Both the position numbers and the translations under genes were made by a program. Below, piece after piece: positions 1 through 14,740 of a DNA stretch of 64,000 bases (the first letter of the stretch is position 1; each line of letters opens with the position of its first letter). The DNA comes from the human T2T-CHM13v2.0 reference genome, Homo sapiens. The notes under the pieces were generated by a model. That model was not told the DNA's origin. It ran no database searches and worked only from the letters and a program-made list of their open reading frames with translations. The stretch lies in assembly GCF_009914755.1 (NCBI RefSeq), contig NC_060926.1. The stretch is one strand, 5' to 3'.

Positions 1-1369
1 AGCATCTGATGTTTGGTCTTCTACAGAAAGGGAACAGAGTTGACTAAAGTGAAAATACCCTAGTTCAGACATCAGAGGCAAAAAAATTAATCATAATCAC
101 AACAGCACCTTACAGTTGTGGAGTCCTTTATAGTTTTTAGACTCTTAGACACAGAGAAATAGAGAAATATAAATATGGAAAATAAGGTTTATTTGATATT
201 TTATGAAATGGAACCCTAATTCACCAACATTTTTACCCCTTTATAGTACTGCAATAATTTGTTGTGAGACTCTGAAATCGTTTCTGAATTATCAGAGGAA
301 GAAAATCATTTAAAAAAGGAAACCAGAGCTACTGGCTCTATCTTACTTCGGTCATGGTCTTTTAAAATCTATTCAATTTATTTTAACTAGACTAATTCAT
401 TCTTAAAGTAAGTCAGCTAACATGGAATTTTCTGAGGTTACTTAAAAAATTTTGGAAATTTCCTTAGCTCTGCATGAAGTATTTTTATCTCTTCTTCTTC
501 TTTTTTTTCTAAAGAAATAGTGTTTGTGGGTCTTGATAACTGCCCACAACAGATTTTATATCATCTGGTTTTGATAGAGCAAGGGGGTCTAATGAATGAT
601 TGAAACTAACATTTATAAAATCTTTCAAATTTGAGAGGCAGGTTCTTGGAAGAAGGAGGATACAACAGAATGGCCTCTGTGTCACTGGTAGGACTCTGAA
701 GACAGGACTTACTGCCTATGTTCCGACATGAAGAAACAGACTAGTGAAGTATGTTGTCAAAACTTTGAGAATTGTAAAGCAATGTTCACATGTAGGTTGA
801 TAAAAATAACAGAAGAAGTTATGTTAACCTAGGTCCGACCCTAGGTGCTGTCATGTTGTCACTACCTTCATAATAAGCTTCAAAGAGGTGCTCTGTTATT
901 ATCTTTAAAAATTACAGACGAGGAAACTAAGGTTTAGACAGTGTTAGTAACTTGCTCAGGGCCAGTCACTCAATGTGTGGCAGAGCTGGATTCCAAGTCA
1001 GTGCTGTCTGGCTCTAAAGCTTAGATTCTTTTCATTGCACTTTTATTATTAAACCAAAGAACTTATGATTAAAATATTTTCTGCTTTCCTTGACGATTTA
1101 TTTCAAGATCTAACCATTTCTTTTTCCTGGACATTCTGAGCAGGGAGCACTAGCTCTCAACTTCCCTGCCTCTACCCTCTGGCTGGGCTGCACCTTCTCC
1201 TGCTGCCTGTTCCTCCTGCTTCATCAGCACACAGTGGGACTATACATTAGCCAGGGTGTTAGACAGGCCCTCCCTGGACCTTGTCTTACTTTCCCCCTTG
1301 TGTTATGAGGACAAGCTCTGTAGTAACTACATTGAGAATCTTAGGAGCAAAGGCTCCCCACCCCCATGG

Positions 1370-1565
1370 GGGCACGTCAGTGACATTTGGCTCCTCCATT
1401 TTGCTTAAGAAACCTGTGACCAGACCCTCACCCCAGGCCCATAGTGAGAAAAGCCTGTTTTCATTTCTTCTTTCACCAAGCCCATCTGGATAGAGCAGGT
1501 GCAGGGCTAGGCTCTTAAAATAGAAGCCCTTGTTTCATGTGACGTGGCACGGTGGAAACTCCCTT
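1370..1565. promoter_or_regulatory. Probable kappa distal enhancer (Ed/dEk-like motif cluster)
   Basis: E-boxes CATCTG (1483-1488) and CAGGTG (1496-1501), a kB-consensus GGGAGTTTCC on minus (1554-1563) and CRE-like TGACGT (1540-1545, plus a minus-strand copy near 1374). It lies ~7.5 kb beyond the 3' enhancer, similar to the position of mouse Ed, which depends on NF-kB and E2A sites. Confidence 0.6.
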
Positions 1566-4500
1566 GCTTCCTTGCCTGTTGATCAGATTAATGAAATGAT
1601 GAAGGTCTCTCCCCTCATCGTGGTGTTTTCTTGACTTCCTGTCATTGTCAGTTGACCTTTCTAGTTTCTTCATTTGTAAAATACAGGACTTGTTCTTCAT
1701 AACCTCAAGGGTCCCTCCTATCTTTGATAATCTGTCTCCATGCTTCCGATTAGGGGTCAGATTTTGGAATTTACCATTTCTATCTTGTTTATTTCTCCCA
1801 GCAATATTATTCCAGCAGGAATAGCTGGGACTAAAACTTATTCTTGGTTAAAGCACATCATCTCACCATCTTGACATCCCATTTGCTCTATACCATCAAC
1901 CATCTCTGACCCTGAACCCCAGTCTCCTTCTTTGTAATTTAGGAATAATAATACCTTATTCATGGTGTGAATCATATGAGAGAGAGGATTTAACATTGCT
2001 TAGCAAGTGATACACATTAGGCATTCAGACAATGCTTGTTCACTTGGGGTCAAATAATAAGGTCCATTTTCTCTTCATGACTTCTAGCTATTGATTAGCT
2101 TTGAGGCTGAAAAATAAGTTTAAGATGGGCCCTCTGACCTCAAGAGGCTAGCAATATTTTATCTTCTTTTTAACGCTATCTCCTATAGGAAGGAAAGCTA
2201 GCAATATTTTGGATAAGACAAAATAAATACATATGAAACAGAGAATGGATTAAGTCTGGAAAATCCTTCCAGTGCTACACCTAGGACAAGGTACCCCATG
2301 CAGAGCAGGTAAATTCTTAAAAGGATGGTCTCTGAGTCAAATTTTGGAGAGTGAAGTGCCAGCATAGCTGATCATCCTAAGAAAAAGTCAAGACCGCAAG
2401 TTATGGGTTCCAACAGTGGAGAAAAGGCTAAGGAAATTATGCACTGTTAGTAAGATAGAATGATGTGCACCATTCAAAATGGTCAATATGATGCATAAGT
2501 AGAAAAAAAGAAGTGCTGTGAAACAACAGCAAGTGAAAGAATTTGAACACAAAATTCTAGTAATAGTGTCAATGGCTATGTATGAAGATACTCAGATAAA
2601 TGTTAGAAAAGAATATAATGTGGGAAATGAAAATAATAGATGTGTTAGGGTTATGGGTTTTTGGATGAATTTCAAAAACATTCCTTTTATTAGGCTTTCA
2701 CTTCTGAAGTCAAACATTTTGAAAAATTTCACATTGCATAATGACTTGGATTGCATAATATACCAGTTCCTGGGCTAAGGTTCCATCTTTCTCTGGGGCA
2801 GGATTTCCTCTCTGGTTTTCATCGTGATCTCTGCCTTTGAATGGCTTGCTTTTTCTTTTAAGAGAAAAAAGTATGACAAATCCAGTAGGTGATGGAATCC
2901 TCTCTCTTCCATTTATATTTCTGTGGATCTTCCTTCTCAAATTGCCTATAACTTCATATTGAATCTGAAGAAAGGGAGAGTTTCTAGGAGCCCTGATATA
3001 AGGGCTCAGGGATTTGTGCTGCCATTTCTTTAGAAAATGCCTGATTTTCCCAAGAATGGGTCAGCTCTAATGGAGGTACCTATTCCTTCAAGGAAAAGCA
3101 GTCAACTTAGCAAACAGGTAATTCCAGAGGTGATTTACGTTTTACTTTGGCAGATGGAGCCTTCATTTTCAATAGAACTCCCTGTGAACTTCCTTTAAAA
3201 GTGTTTTGACTTTTCTGGAACACATGGACTCCATGCAGTGACGTGCCCGGTAGGCAGTAATGCATACTTAGGGCTGGCCTTCCACAGCTTGAGTAGGTGG
3301 GTTCCCTTTAAATGAAACAATCTGAAGAGATGCAACACAACTGTGACCCTTGGTGGTCTTCCAGCTTTTAATCTGATTCAGGCCACTCATTTCAACCCTA
3401 TGCAAGCCAATTTGACGCAAATGAGTCCAATCTAACCAGTCCAAAAAATACTTGGGTGTTTGTGCCAATAAATCTAACGATCAAATCATTCCCCCTTGAA
3501 TTAGAAGTTAACAAGACAGGATAGCTCATACTGCCCTCTAGTCATTCCTGCCACCATTAAGAAGCCTGGGGCTCTTTCTTACCCCATGTGCCAACTTCTC
3601 AGGGCCTCCTTGTCTAATTTTGCTTGAGAATGTAGAGTAGAGGAAGGAGAAATGGACAGACAGCCTAGAGAAGTGACTTACAGTCTGGGTTCAGCTCTAA
3701 CTACTAATAGTGTTGAGGACGTCAGTCAGCTTCTCGAAGTCTCAGTCTCCATATTTGTTAAAATAAAGAGGGTAGTCTGGTTTTTCTGGCCCCTTCTCTC
3801 CTGTCCTCCTAGACTATGAATTCATTTTTAGCTTTTTAATGCAAATTTTTGATTCATTAGAATCTAGCTTCTTCACTCTGCCACTTTTAGTTGGCTCTTC
3901 TTAGAGCATTAGTGCCCAATTTGCACTGTTAGAATTTTCCCTTGTTTGTACCCTTCAAAATTTTTCTTTTTTTGGGCAAGGATTGTATTTTTTTCTTTTT
4001 AACTGGCTCCTTGAGGATAGATGTTGTGATATCTGTGTGCTTGTATGTCCTCAACTGTGCCCTGCACTGTTAGGGCCCTTGTCAAAACAACACATTTCTC
4101 AGTGATTCTGAGACTCTTTCTCTTATCTATAGAAGTCATAACTCAAGAGTAAAATCATACCAATATTTTACATAAACCCTAGAATTTTTATAGATCTATT
4201 ATTTCTTTTTAGAGTACATATTGGAAGTAACTTCACAAGGAACATTTTCTTTACTTTTTTTTTTGGAAAAAAGATTTATGCTTATAACCAAATGAGGTTG
4301 TTTGGCAAATTTGTCTGGAGAGACACACACACTCAGGGCAAATAGGCACTCCTTTCCTGGGCAACTCAATTACCTCTTGCCTCTGGTCAAACCACTCCAC
4401 AAATAAAGTGGACTGATCCTCTTGACTCTATGTGTAAGTGCCCATTGTGTGTGCACAGAGCTGGTGAGAACGGCCATGGTGCTAGGTGGGGGTGGTGTTG

Positions 4501-7500
4501 GTGGAGTTGGACTAGATTATCTGGGATCATGCGAAATGGAAATTCATTTCTAGCTGGCTGGCTTCAGAAGGTGCCATCTCCTATTTTTATATGAAGCGTG
4601 CTTTGGAACTCAGGGCAACGAAGGGTGGGTGTGCTGCACAAGGACAGCAGAAGAGTGAGCTGACTGGTCCCTGAAATCGCAGTTGGAAAGTGGATTACCA
4701 GTGCAGTAGAACTCTTCACGGAGGCCTGGACCATCAGGTCTAATGGTGTTGTTCCAGGTGGGTGGTCATGTGGAGCAAAAATATTTGAAATCAGCGAGCA
4801 CGTACCTGAGAGATGACTTTTCCACTTGGGCTAGTCTCTTGATATTTCTGGTCCTGTTTCTTCATCTGTAAACTGGGTTAGTAATGTCACACTCTGTGAG
4901 TTGGTGCATCCAGATAACAAACAAACAAACCCACACACAGAAAAACAATCCCCATAAATGCCCTATAAACTTATATTAATCATCAACAATTCATTTATTT
5001 GTTCACTCACTTATTTATTCAACAAATACTCGTATGACCAAAGCACTGTGCTTTGTGCTAAGCTCTACAATAAATATAGAATTGTATAAAGATCAAGGAG
5101 TAAAAATCCTAGTTCAGGTCCTCAATAAATGATAGGTGAATCATAGACTGAAACGTGGAAGTAAAGTAAGGAGGTCTTCCACGACTATTGTGATCTTCAA
5201 ATGTTCTTTTGGGTGCAGAGTTTCCCCGGGAAACTGCCAGTTTCTATAATGGACAAAAGACTTTGCTTTTCAGGAGTATATATTTTGATAGGAAATAAAG
5301 ATAGAAATACTTGGAACTTAGACAAATTAAATACATAAATGATGGATAGTATGTAGGGAATACAGTACTGTGGGGAATCAAAGAGAGGGTGAATTCTGGG
5401 TGAAATCAGGAGGGTTTCTCATTATTCACAGATGATCTCTTACAGGAGGTGGGAATTTTTAGGTCAGCTGGAAATGGAACCAGGCTTTCATGTTCAGATA
5501 TACTTGCAGATAAACAACTCATAAGAATTATAAGACTAACAGCTTCGTTAGTTTACATTTGACAATTTATTTGTGCCTCATTATTTTGGGATGTGTCAAG
5601 AATCTGATAACATGGGTGATAATGCTATTTGCCACTGTAATATCAGGTAGTCCTAGTGAAAATGCAACTTTTAAGAACTTGTTTAATTGTATCTACCAAC
5701 TCTTACTGCAGAATGTAGACTTGAAAGAAGCACATTCCTTTTTCTTACATAATCATTAGGGGTTACTACATTTCTGAGCAACAAGGCTCAAGAGTTTCCA
5801 ATGGAAATGTAATTTCAATTAGAAAACCAAATTGAGGTTGAGGGTGGAGAGAGCCAGCTGCAGAAGGTATCTGGACAGCAGCATGTATCTGCAGGCCTGC
5901 GTGTGTGCCAGGGTGGGGGCAAGGAGGGGTAGATTGTGTCATTTTCCACATATGTTTATTTAGCTTCTCCTGTTTCAGGGACTTTGGGTTTTATTAATAG
6001 TCAATTTAGGATATTGTGCCTCCATCCTCAAGCATTGTCAATCTTAAAAGGATGGGTGGGAGTGGTAGGCATTAAGCCTCAGAATCTTCTAGCCCTTTGG
6101 CTGGAGTGGTTCTGTCTGCTATTGCTGCAACCTGAGGAAATCTTTCAAATTCTGGGTGGGCTGCTCTGGTTAATATAGTGGAGACTCTAACAAAAATTAT
6201 GTCATCCAGCAATAGAGCTCTGGTGCAGTGAGTGGCAGACTAACTGATGAACATCTCAATGCACAGCAATTCTCAGCAGCCCTCAGCCAGGGCACTCCTA
6301 GGGAGGGCCTCTGGTTACAATGCTCTTCAGAGCCTGCCCAGTCTGTCTCTGTTTCTCTGTCTTTTCTTTCCTTTCTCATTATTCCCATCACTATTATTGT
6401 TTCTCTTTCTCTAAGGTCTGTATATTATCCTTTCCCCTAGTTCTTTGAAAAATTTACTTCAGTTGCACACACAATAGAATTAAATGATAAACATCAATTT
6501 TCTAAATAAAATGCTGTGTACACCCACACTCACACCCACAGAGTATTTTCTATTTCTTAACAACAACAAGAAAAACAACAAAATGCATAGTAAGAATTAA
6601 AAAATCTGGAGGAATATTGAAGGCCAGGGCAGATTATTTGTTTAGATTAGTGATCCTTAACCCAGAATTTCCTCACATCTAGATTATTGTCTGGTGGATG
6701 ACAAAGGAAAATATATATTGGAAACCCAGTTGTGGATCCTTGAGAATACAGTAGAAAGAACAGTGAAAATTGAAAGGGAAAAGGTGAGAAAACCTTCTTA
6801 TTCATGTCCAGGAACAGAATTGGGCTTGAATTTGGTGGCTGCAGCTCTGAACGGACTCAAAGTGAGTGTCTGTAAATCCTGCTCAGCAACACGAGGACAG
6901 GGGTTGCCATGTCCTCCTCTTCCTTATGTACCTTCCCTCATCTGCCTCCCTATCTCTAGCACATGGACCAGGGGCTCATAAATGTCTGTAGGATGGAAAA
7001 ATCTAGGAATACATGTGGGGTCAGAAGTTGTAAGAGATTGGGTTGAATATATTCTGATTCCCCAAGTTGTTTTTGTCTACTTATTTTCTTTTTCTTCTCT
7101 GTGATGGTTCTTTTTTTCTTGTTATTTGTATCTTTGCACAATGAAAGACAAAAAAAAAAATAGTTCTAGTCACTAGAGGACTTCAGTAAACATGCTATCA
7201 CTTACCTGCTTATGAACCAAGAGGTTGGGAAGGCAGGTCTCAGTTGGCATGTAGCCCGAGAAGAGTTTGTCACATCTTAGAGTCTAGAACCTCCTTTCCC
7301 ACAGAGATACAAAACACACAGTTAACTCACTGGTATTTTGGCTGGGAAGATAGCTGAATGATAGCACCACTTTAAATCATATAGTGATGACTGCTGCTGA
7401 TGATGCACATTTCTTTTCAGTATGAAATATTAGTTTTTTGGGAAATCCAATGTTCACCCTAATCTTGCAGCATTTTGTAATTTCCATCATGGCACTGAGC

Positions 7501-8939
7501 AGGAGGCAGGATGGGCTGAAGGGAAATACACTGAACTGAACTGGATCCTTAGGCCTGTGGGTGAGACACAGTATTGGCAGATAGTGCCTTCACCTTGTGG
7601 CTCAGTTTCTTCAGGTTTCAAAATTGAGAGACTTTTTTCACTTTTACATGTTAAGTAGGTAAGGATGAACGGAAGGATTGTGATGTATTGCATATTGGAA
7701 GAAACAAAGGTATCAGGTCAAAATTAAGAAGGGTTTATTTGTGGAATTACTGCAGGGAGAATATCCACTGAGCTCAGCCATTGAACTCAAGAACCTGTTA
7801 GTAATTAAGAATATGAAAAGATTGTGAATTGAGCACCTTCTCTGCACCATGCCCCGTACAAAGTGGATTATACACAATATTTCATTTGCTGTTCACAGTG
7901 ATGTTGACATAGAGGTTTATTGTTATTGCTTTATTATAAACAAGTAACCCCAAACAAAGAGGGGATAAAAAAGTGATAGATTCCCATGTGAGAGCTCACT
8001 AACCCATGGTATCCCAATCAGAGGGCTAGAGCATTGGAATGACGTGTGAAGACACTGTTGATGTTAGGTAATTCCCAGGTTGGTTAATGTTTGGGCAGGA
8101 GGGGTATAACTTCTCTGGCCTCCAATATGTGTTAGGCACCCCTTCTGTGTGCTTACGTAGAGCTCTGTAGGCACTCCTCTCAGCTCCATTTCTCCATGTT
8201 GCAGTTTCTGGTTATTTGTTTATACACTACTCTAGGAGCTCCTTGAGGTAGAGAGTTCTGTCTTGTTGACTATGTTATCTGCAAATCTTCATAGAGAGCC
8301 AGGTACATGGAAATGCTAATACATTTCTATGGAATTAGTGAAGGTGGACATTCATACGTCCAGGCATATGAACAGGTTTTTCTCTGGAGTTGGTGTTGTT
8401 TGGTGTAGAAGGGCTGTCAATGAGCCTTATGACTTGAGGAAGGATCAACAGATGGGTGGATAGAAGTACAGATGGTTATATGCATGGATGGAAAGGGAAT
8501 ATGGTAGAAGAGAATGCTTCTGTCATGGGCTCTAGGAAGTTTACTGAAATATATTCTGAAAGGTTGATATGTATAGTTCATCCTTATTCTTCCCAGCCTC
8601 TCTTTTCTGAGATGACCAAACTATTCAACATAAATGGTTTCCTGCTGCTCTTAAATATTTCCAGGACACTTCTGGGTCTCCTGAAGCACCTGCTTGCTCA
8701 CAGCTTCATTCTCACGTGAAGTCTGCATAGGTCCTGTTACCATATCAGAACTCTTAGAGGACACTTATTCTGGGCTGAGGTTTTCCAAGGTGAGAACTCC
8801 AGGACTGGAGATGGAGCAGTGCATTTAGGTGAAGTGATATCAAACAAGGTTGGGGTTGGTGTTACTTCCCATCCCAGTGCTGGACACAGCCTTGGCCAGG
8901 TCCTGTTGTGACCCCAGGTGCACGGGGCCTTGGGAACTT

Positions 8940-9090
8940 CTGAAAGGGTGTGGAGTGCTCCACCCAGCCCTGTTGGAGGAGGATGGGAGCGAAAGCAACA
9001 GATGTGCTCAAGGTTCTGTTTTCAGTTCCCCAAAGGGTCTTCTCCTTGACCAAAGCAGTGTGACGGTTGCTATGACAGTTGCTATCTTGG
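8940..9090 (-). promoter_or_regulatory. Ig kappa 3' enhancer (3'Ek) core
   Basis: Minus strand reads CTTTGGGGAACTGAAAACAGAACCT (9011-9035), with the PU.1/IRF4 composite GGAACTGAAA at 9020-9029. An E-box CATCTG is at 8999-9004 and a tandem TAGCAACYGTCA at 9061-9084. The site is ~11.3 kb downstream of IGKC. Confidence 0.92.
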
Positions 9091-11149
9091 TCCCTGGGAC
9101 TCTCCCTCATAAGGTAGCATTACTTTTTTTAATCTTCTCAGGCAAGTAACCATGAAACTCTGTAATAACCAGTCTGAGGTGGGGCTGGTTGGGGGCATGT
9201 TTGGGCCTGAGTACTGGGATGTGATGGTGGAATATGCTGGGGTACCAAGAGGTACCTTTGATTAATGAGTTATTTTTCCAAATTAGACCAACACTCCTCC
9301 TAGTTGTCTTAGGCTTGATGACTCTCCATTTCTGCAGAAGTTCAGAATTCTTCCCTTGAGATGTCTGCAATTAGTTCATTGTTGCAAATTATAAAAACAT
9401 AACAGGTAGAAAGAACACTGACCTTGAATCTCAAATCTGTCTCTACCAGGTCATGTCATTCAGTCTCTGCTTGGGTCTTCTCATGTGTTAAATGAGAGCT
9501 TTGATTTCCAAGCTCCTTTTCACTCTGAGAGTCACTGATGTTTTGCCTCTGAAAATGGCAACCATGAAGAGTAGTTACTGAGAAACCAGCACTGTGTTTT
9601 AGAGTTAGGGCTCTTGATCAGGCTGCCTCATTTTGAATCCTGATTTGGGAATTTCTGATGATGTGATCTTGGACATGGTATTGACTTTCTCTAAGTCTTA
9701 GTTTTTTTTTTTTTTTTTATCTGCAAAAGAGGGTAAAACAAGCTACCCCAGAGGCTGCTGGAAGATTCAGTGACATGTTGCTTGTCAGTGTTGAGACATT
9801 GTATCCATTACAACTATCATAGAATAAAAACCTGTTACAAGTTGGCATGGGCCGAGCTGCCAGCAATTTCATACATCTCTTTTATGCCTATTTTGTTTTT
9901 CATTTTGATCATCAATATTTTAATGGTGTGTCATAAATTGGGGGCTCTTTCTTATTTGTTCTTGGACCCATGGTGAAATAAAAGCTTGTATATTTTTTTA
10001 GAAGGATTCATAGAGATGAAAGGCCCTTACTGAACATTCAGTCTGACCTTATTAGTTTTAAAGGAGCTGACTGAGACCTAACTGTTATTATTACAAACTG
10101 ATATTATTGGAAACCAACACAGAACCTACCATGTGCAAAACTGTGGGAAAGGCTTGGAAGTCTGGGTTTGACAACCTGAGTTTAAATAGTGATTCTTTGT
10201 CTTACTAGCTCCGTAATCCCAAACACGTAATGCAATCTTTCTTAGTCTGTTTCTTCATCTATGAGACAGGGCTAATGAGAAACATCTCAGTGTATGGTAT
10301 GACAGCAAAGGGGGTCATACAGGTGACAGTGCTAGCAAATGTCAGTCCCCTCCTCTTCTCTACCTCCCAACTCCCTTGACCCTCTCCTCTGTCATCCCTT
10401 TTCTGGCTGCGTGCAGAGAATCTTGCTAGCTTTAGGGATACAAAAGGTTCCAGAGTTGGGAGACAGACTGTTCTCATACAGAGATCAATAACCACATGAT
10501 ATGGGTAGTAAGGGCCATTCAGATCCTGAGAAGAGTTTGGCAGGTCAATGGAGGGTGGAAAGGATGAGAGGAACTGGGGAGAGAGACAGAGAAGAGGGAA
10601 GGAAAAGGAAGGGAGAAAGGAGGACATTGTGTATCTGAGAACAGGAAAGGAGCAAGTGGAATGGAAGAAGGAGAGGGAAGGCAGCAGGTGAGGGCATGTC
10701 TGTTGGGGTGTTTATGGAGGGTTTTTTCAGGGAAAGGGTCTGCAAATGGAGCCAACAAGAAAGGAACTGGCAGGTGGTCAGGATGTCCTCCTGTGAGAGT
10801 CACTCTTCTCCCCATCCTCTCTCCTCTTAGCTTCACCCTCGCTAGAACTTTTCCTTGCTCATTTCAATTTTCAAGATTTTCCCAAGCTTCTAAACCTACA
10901 AAATCTAAGCGACACACATTTACTGGAGAAATCACAAACAGATCCCAGCCCTCCTGTGGACCTCTCTGCATCTGTGCCCTGGATACCTCTTTCTCCTTTG
11001 TTTCTGTGGATGAAACATCTGTGTTCCTAGCTGAGGATGATACCTCTACCTGTCTTCACCCACCCTTCTCACCTACTCAGGAACATTGCTCCAGCAATTT
11101 CTCTTCTCTCCTCTTCAGCACCAGCTTTTCCCTTTCTACCAAATCATTC

Positions 11150-13318
11150 TTATCAGCACTTAAAAATGCTGTCGTTTCTCTCCATTTAAAATAAACCCTC
11201 ACCTGTGTATCATGTAGAACTATCAATAAGAAAAATATTAAAAAATAAGAAAATAAAGAAAAAAGATAAAATATATCCTCTGTAGAGCCCCTTTGTCCTT
11301 CCAGTGACCACCTCATTTCTCTCCTTCCCTCTTCTAATTCTCTCCTTGAAAGCATTGTCCATGCATGCTCTCTCCAATTTCTTCGCTCTCATTCTCTTTT
11401 GAACCCATTTGGATCAGACTTTTGCCCCTGGCATTCTATAGAAACTGCACTTGTCTAGTTCACCAGTGATTCCCAATATGGCTAAATCCAATGGCCCATT
11501 TCCATTCCTAATCTTGGTTGACTTGTCATCAGCAATTGACACAGTTGATCCATTTTTTCCTCTTTGTAACATTTTTCCTCTTGGATCCTAGGATAACAAC
11601 ACTGTCCTGTTTTTTTCATCTCCTTCTCTAGCCAGTCTATTTCAATCTTCTTTTCTGGTTCCTCCTCATCTTGCTGACTTCTTTACGTTGGAGTGCCTCC
11701 TGGCTCAGTGCTTGGATTTCTTTTTTGGTATGTCGTTGCTAGGTACTCTCTCCCAGTCTGATGGCTTTTTACACCATGTGTGTGGTGATGACATCACGTT
11801 TGTGTCTCCAGCACTGACCTCTTGCTTCTGAATTCTAGACTCTTATAGCCAGTTGTCCATCTGACATCTCCACTTTGTTGTCTAATAGACATCTCAGACT
11901 CAACGTACCCAAAACAGAGCTCCTAAAGCTTCAGGAATCGAGACTGTGTCTATTGACATAAGGATAATAAAATTGATTAGGGGAATTAAATAAAATAGAA
12001 ATAGACCAAACTTACATTGTCATTTGATTTCCAACAAAAGCACCAAAGCAATCTAATGGGAAAGAAAAGTCTTTACACGAATAGTGCTGGAATTTTCAGC
12101 AGCTCATGAAATGTATATATATTTTATGAAAAAAAGTAAAAATAAAAGTAAAAAATGGTGCTGGAACAGCTGCACATCCACATGGAAAAAATGAACCTTG
12201 ACCCTTACCTCATGCTATACACAAAAATTAATTCCAGGTGAATTAAAGTTGAGCTCCCAAACCTATGCCTATGTTCTATAGACTTCTTCATTTCAGTTAA
12301 GGCAACTCTATCCTTCCAATTCATCAGGCTGAAAACCCTGGATTCCCCCTTCAGTTTTCTCTCTTCCCCACATCAACACTAGCAGTGCTTCCTGGCAGGG
12401 CTACTTTCAAAGTAGCTTCATCTCCTGCTTGGATTATGTAACAGGCTCCCAACTGGGGTTTCCACACATCTTCCTATCCCACCCTGGATGGGTTATTCTC
12501 ATCAGATCACCCAGAGAAATCCTGTTTATGTATGTCAGATGATATTATTATTATTTTTATTATTTTTGAGACAGGGTCTCACTCTGTCTCTCAGGCTGCA
12601 GTACAGTAGCACGATCACAGCTTACTGCAGCCTCCACCTCCCTGGGCTCCCTACCTCAGCCTCCCAAGTAGCTAGGACTACAGGCACACACCACCACGCC
12701 TGGCTAATTGTTTGTATAATATTTTTTGTAGAGACAGGGTTTCCCCATGTTGCCTAGTCTGGTCTCAAACTCCACCCACCTCAGCCTCCCTAAGTGCTGG
12801 GATTACTGGCGTGAGCCACCGTCTCCGGCCTCAATATTATTATTTTGCTCAAAGCCTACCAGCCTCATCTCACTTAAAAGAAATGCTTCCTGTGACCCAC
12901 AAAACCCGACATGACCTGCCCTCCCTATAACCCTGTGTCATGAGCACTCCGGGCACATGCCCACCTCAGGGCTTTTTATTTGCAGTTCCTGCTGTGCTCT
13001 TACCTATTTATCCACATGGTTTACTTCCCACTTCATTTAAATCTTTACCTGAATGCTACCTTCTTAGTGACACCTTTCCTGATGACCCTGTCAAAACTTA
13101 TAACCCTCCTCCAACAATTCCTGCCCTTGCTTTAATGCTCTGTTTACCCCGTCGTTATCTAAAATACTATATTTTAAAATTTATCAATCTTTATCATTTA
13201 TCTCCCCAGCTAGACTATAAGCTTCACAAAGGCAGGGAGTTTTACCTGTGTGATAGCCTCAGGATCAAAGACAGTACCTGGCACATTTCAGGCATTCAAT
13301 ACATACTTACTGAATGAA
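11150..13318 (+). mobile_element. Degraded L2 LINE, interrupted by an L1 fragment (~11930-12250) and an Alu
   Basis: L2-like pyrimidine-rich body ending in the typical ...tactgaatgaa 3' tail at ~13310; boundaries approximate. Confidence 0.6.
12543..12830 (-). mobile_element. Alu (AluJ-like)
   Basis: Reverse Alu: T-rich tail then gagacagggtctcactctgt...gtgctgggattac...gcgtgagccaccg. Confidence 0.9.
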
Positions 13319-13330
13319 AGAATAAAGTGT

Positions 13331-13630
<300 letters not shown>

Positions 13631-14414
13631 GACTAAATTGTGATTGAGGTTTACAGATGACTGGTCAGTGTTTCCCATATCCCCAAACTGTTTTCCTGCT
13701 TGATGCTATTATTTCATGGGGCAAGTTCAATTTCCTTATCCATTGCTTGACTGTCCAATTAGATTGGCAGAGCGTTAATGGCAAGGACTGTGTATCTTAT
13801 CTTGTACTGTTCTATATCCTCCACTATTGCTGCCATTGTGAGGGGGAACAAGGGAGTGGCTTCCCTCCATCCAGTTCCCTACATCATATGTCATATCATA
13901 CAAATATATTAGTATTTATAAATATATTAGGTCTACCTCCTTCTCTGTGCAAAATATGTCATATCAATGTCTGAGTTCTAGTATGTTCATATTCTTGGGC
14001 AATTATGTAATTATGGCTTATGTTGTCATAACTTCTATGCCCGTATTTATAAGAAAAAAATATTGAGAGCATTTCCAGGAAAATAATTGACTGGAAGAAG
14101 AGAGAGTGGTAAAAAGGAATTAATAGTGAGCTAACTATCAGTATATACAAGCCCAGCCTTCTAGGATCTGGATAACCCGAAGCAAGAATTTCTCTGTCAG
14201 TTTTCTCATCTGTATAATGGTGAGAGTGGGGGTGTTGAAGTAGAAAAATCCTTTGATTAATATTTATTCTAATCCTTGACTAGGTGCTCAGTGTTAGTCC
14301 AGGGAACTCTATCTTATTTCTTCATGGGCCAGCTTAATGTCAAGATCCAAAACTCTTGTGTAAAGCTTGGGACCATTTTCAAGGATACATTTAGTAGTTT
14401 ACAATAATCTAGAT

Positions 14415-14740
14415 AACACTGACTGATAGAAATATGCAGGAAATACAGAAAATTATAATGTGATCCACATATATAATTTAGAAGTTTTCACTAGCCATGT
14501 TATAAAAGTAAAAAGAAATCTGTGCAATCAATTTTAATAATATTTTTGTTTGCACACAAGATATACAGGGTAATCTCAACATGTAATCATATAAAATATT
14601 AATATTTTACACGTATTTTTTGTACAAAATGTTAAAAATTGGATGTGTTTTTACACGTATAGCCCATCTTAGTATGGACTGGCCTTATCTCCAGAGCTCA
14701 ATAACTCTGTGTGGCTAGTGGCAGGATATTGGATATCAAG
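14415..14740 (+). mobile_element. MER33-like hAT-Charlie DNA transposon relic
   Basis: Resembles the recalled MER33 consensus (tagccatgttataaaagtaaaaagaaa...tgtggctagtggc...atattgga). Confidence 0.65.

Noticed and set aside
1230-1236. CACAGTG as a possible kappa deleting element
   Set aside because: No nonamer at 12 or 23 nt. Kde lies about 24 kb downstream of IGKC, which is off the left edge of this window.
5219-5235. Palindrome AGTTTCCC-C-GGGAAACT
   Set aside because: Spacing fits neither EBF1 (TCCCNNGGGA) nor STAT (TTCNNNGAA), and there is no supporting context.
10259-11194. Overlapping 105-177 aa ORFs
   Set aside because: They lie over purine/pyrimidine-biased and L2-derived sequence, with no recognisable domain or splice structure.
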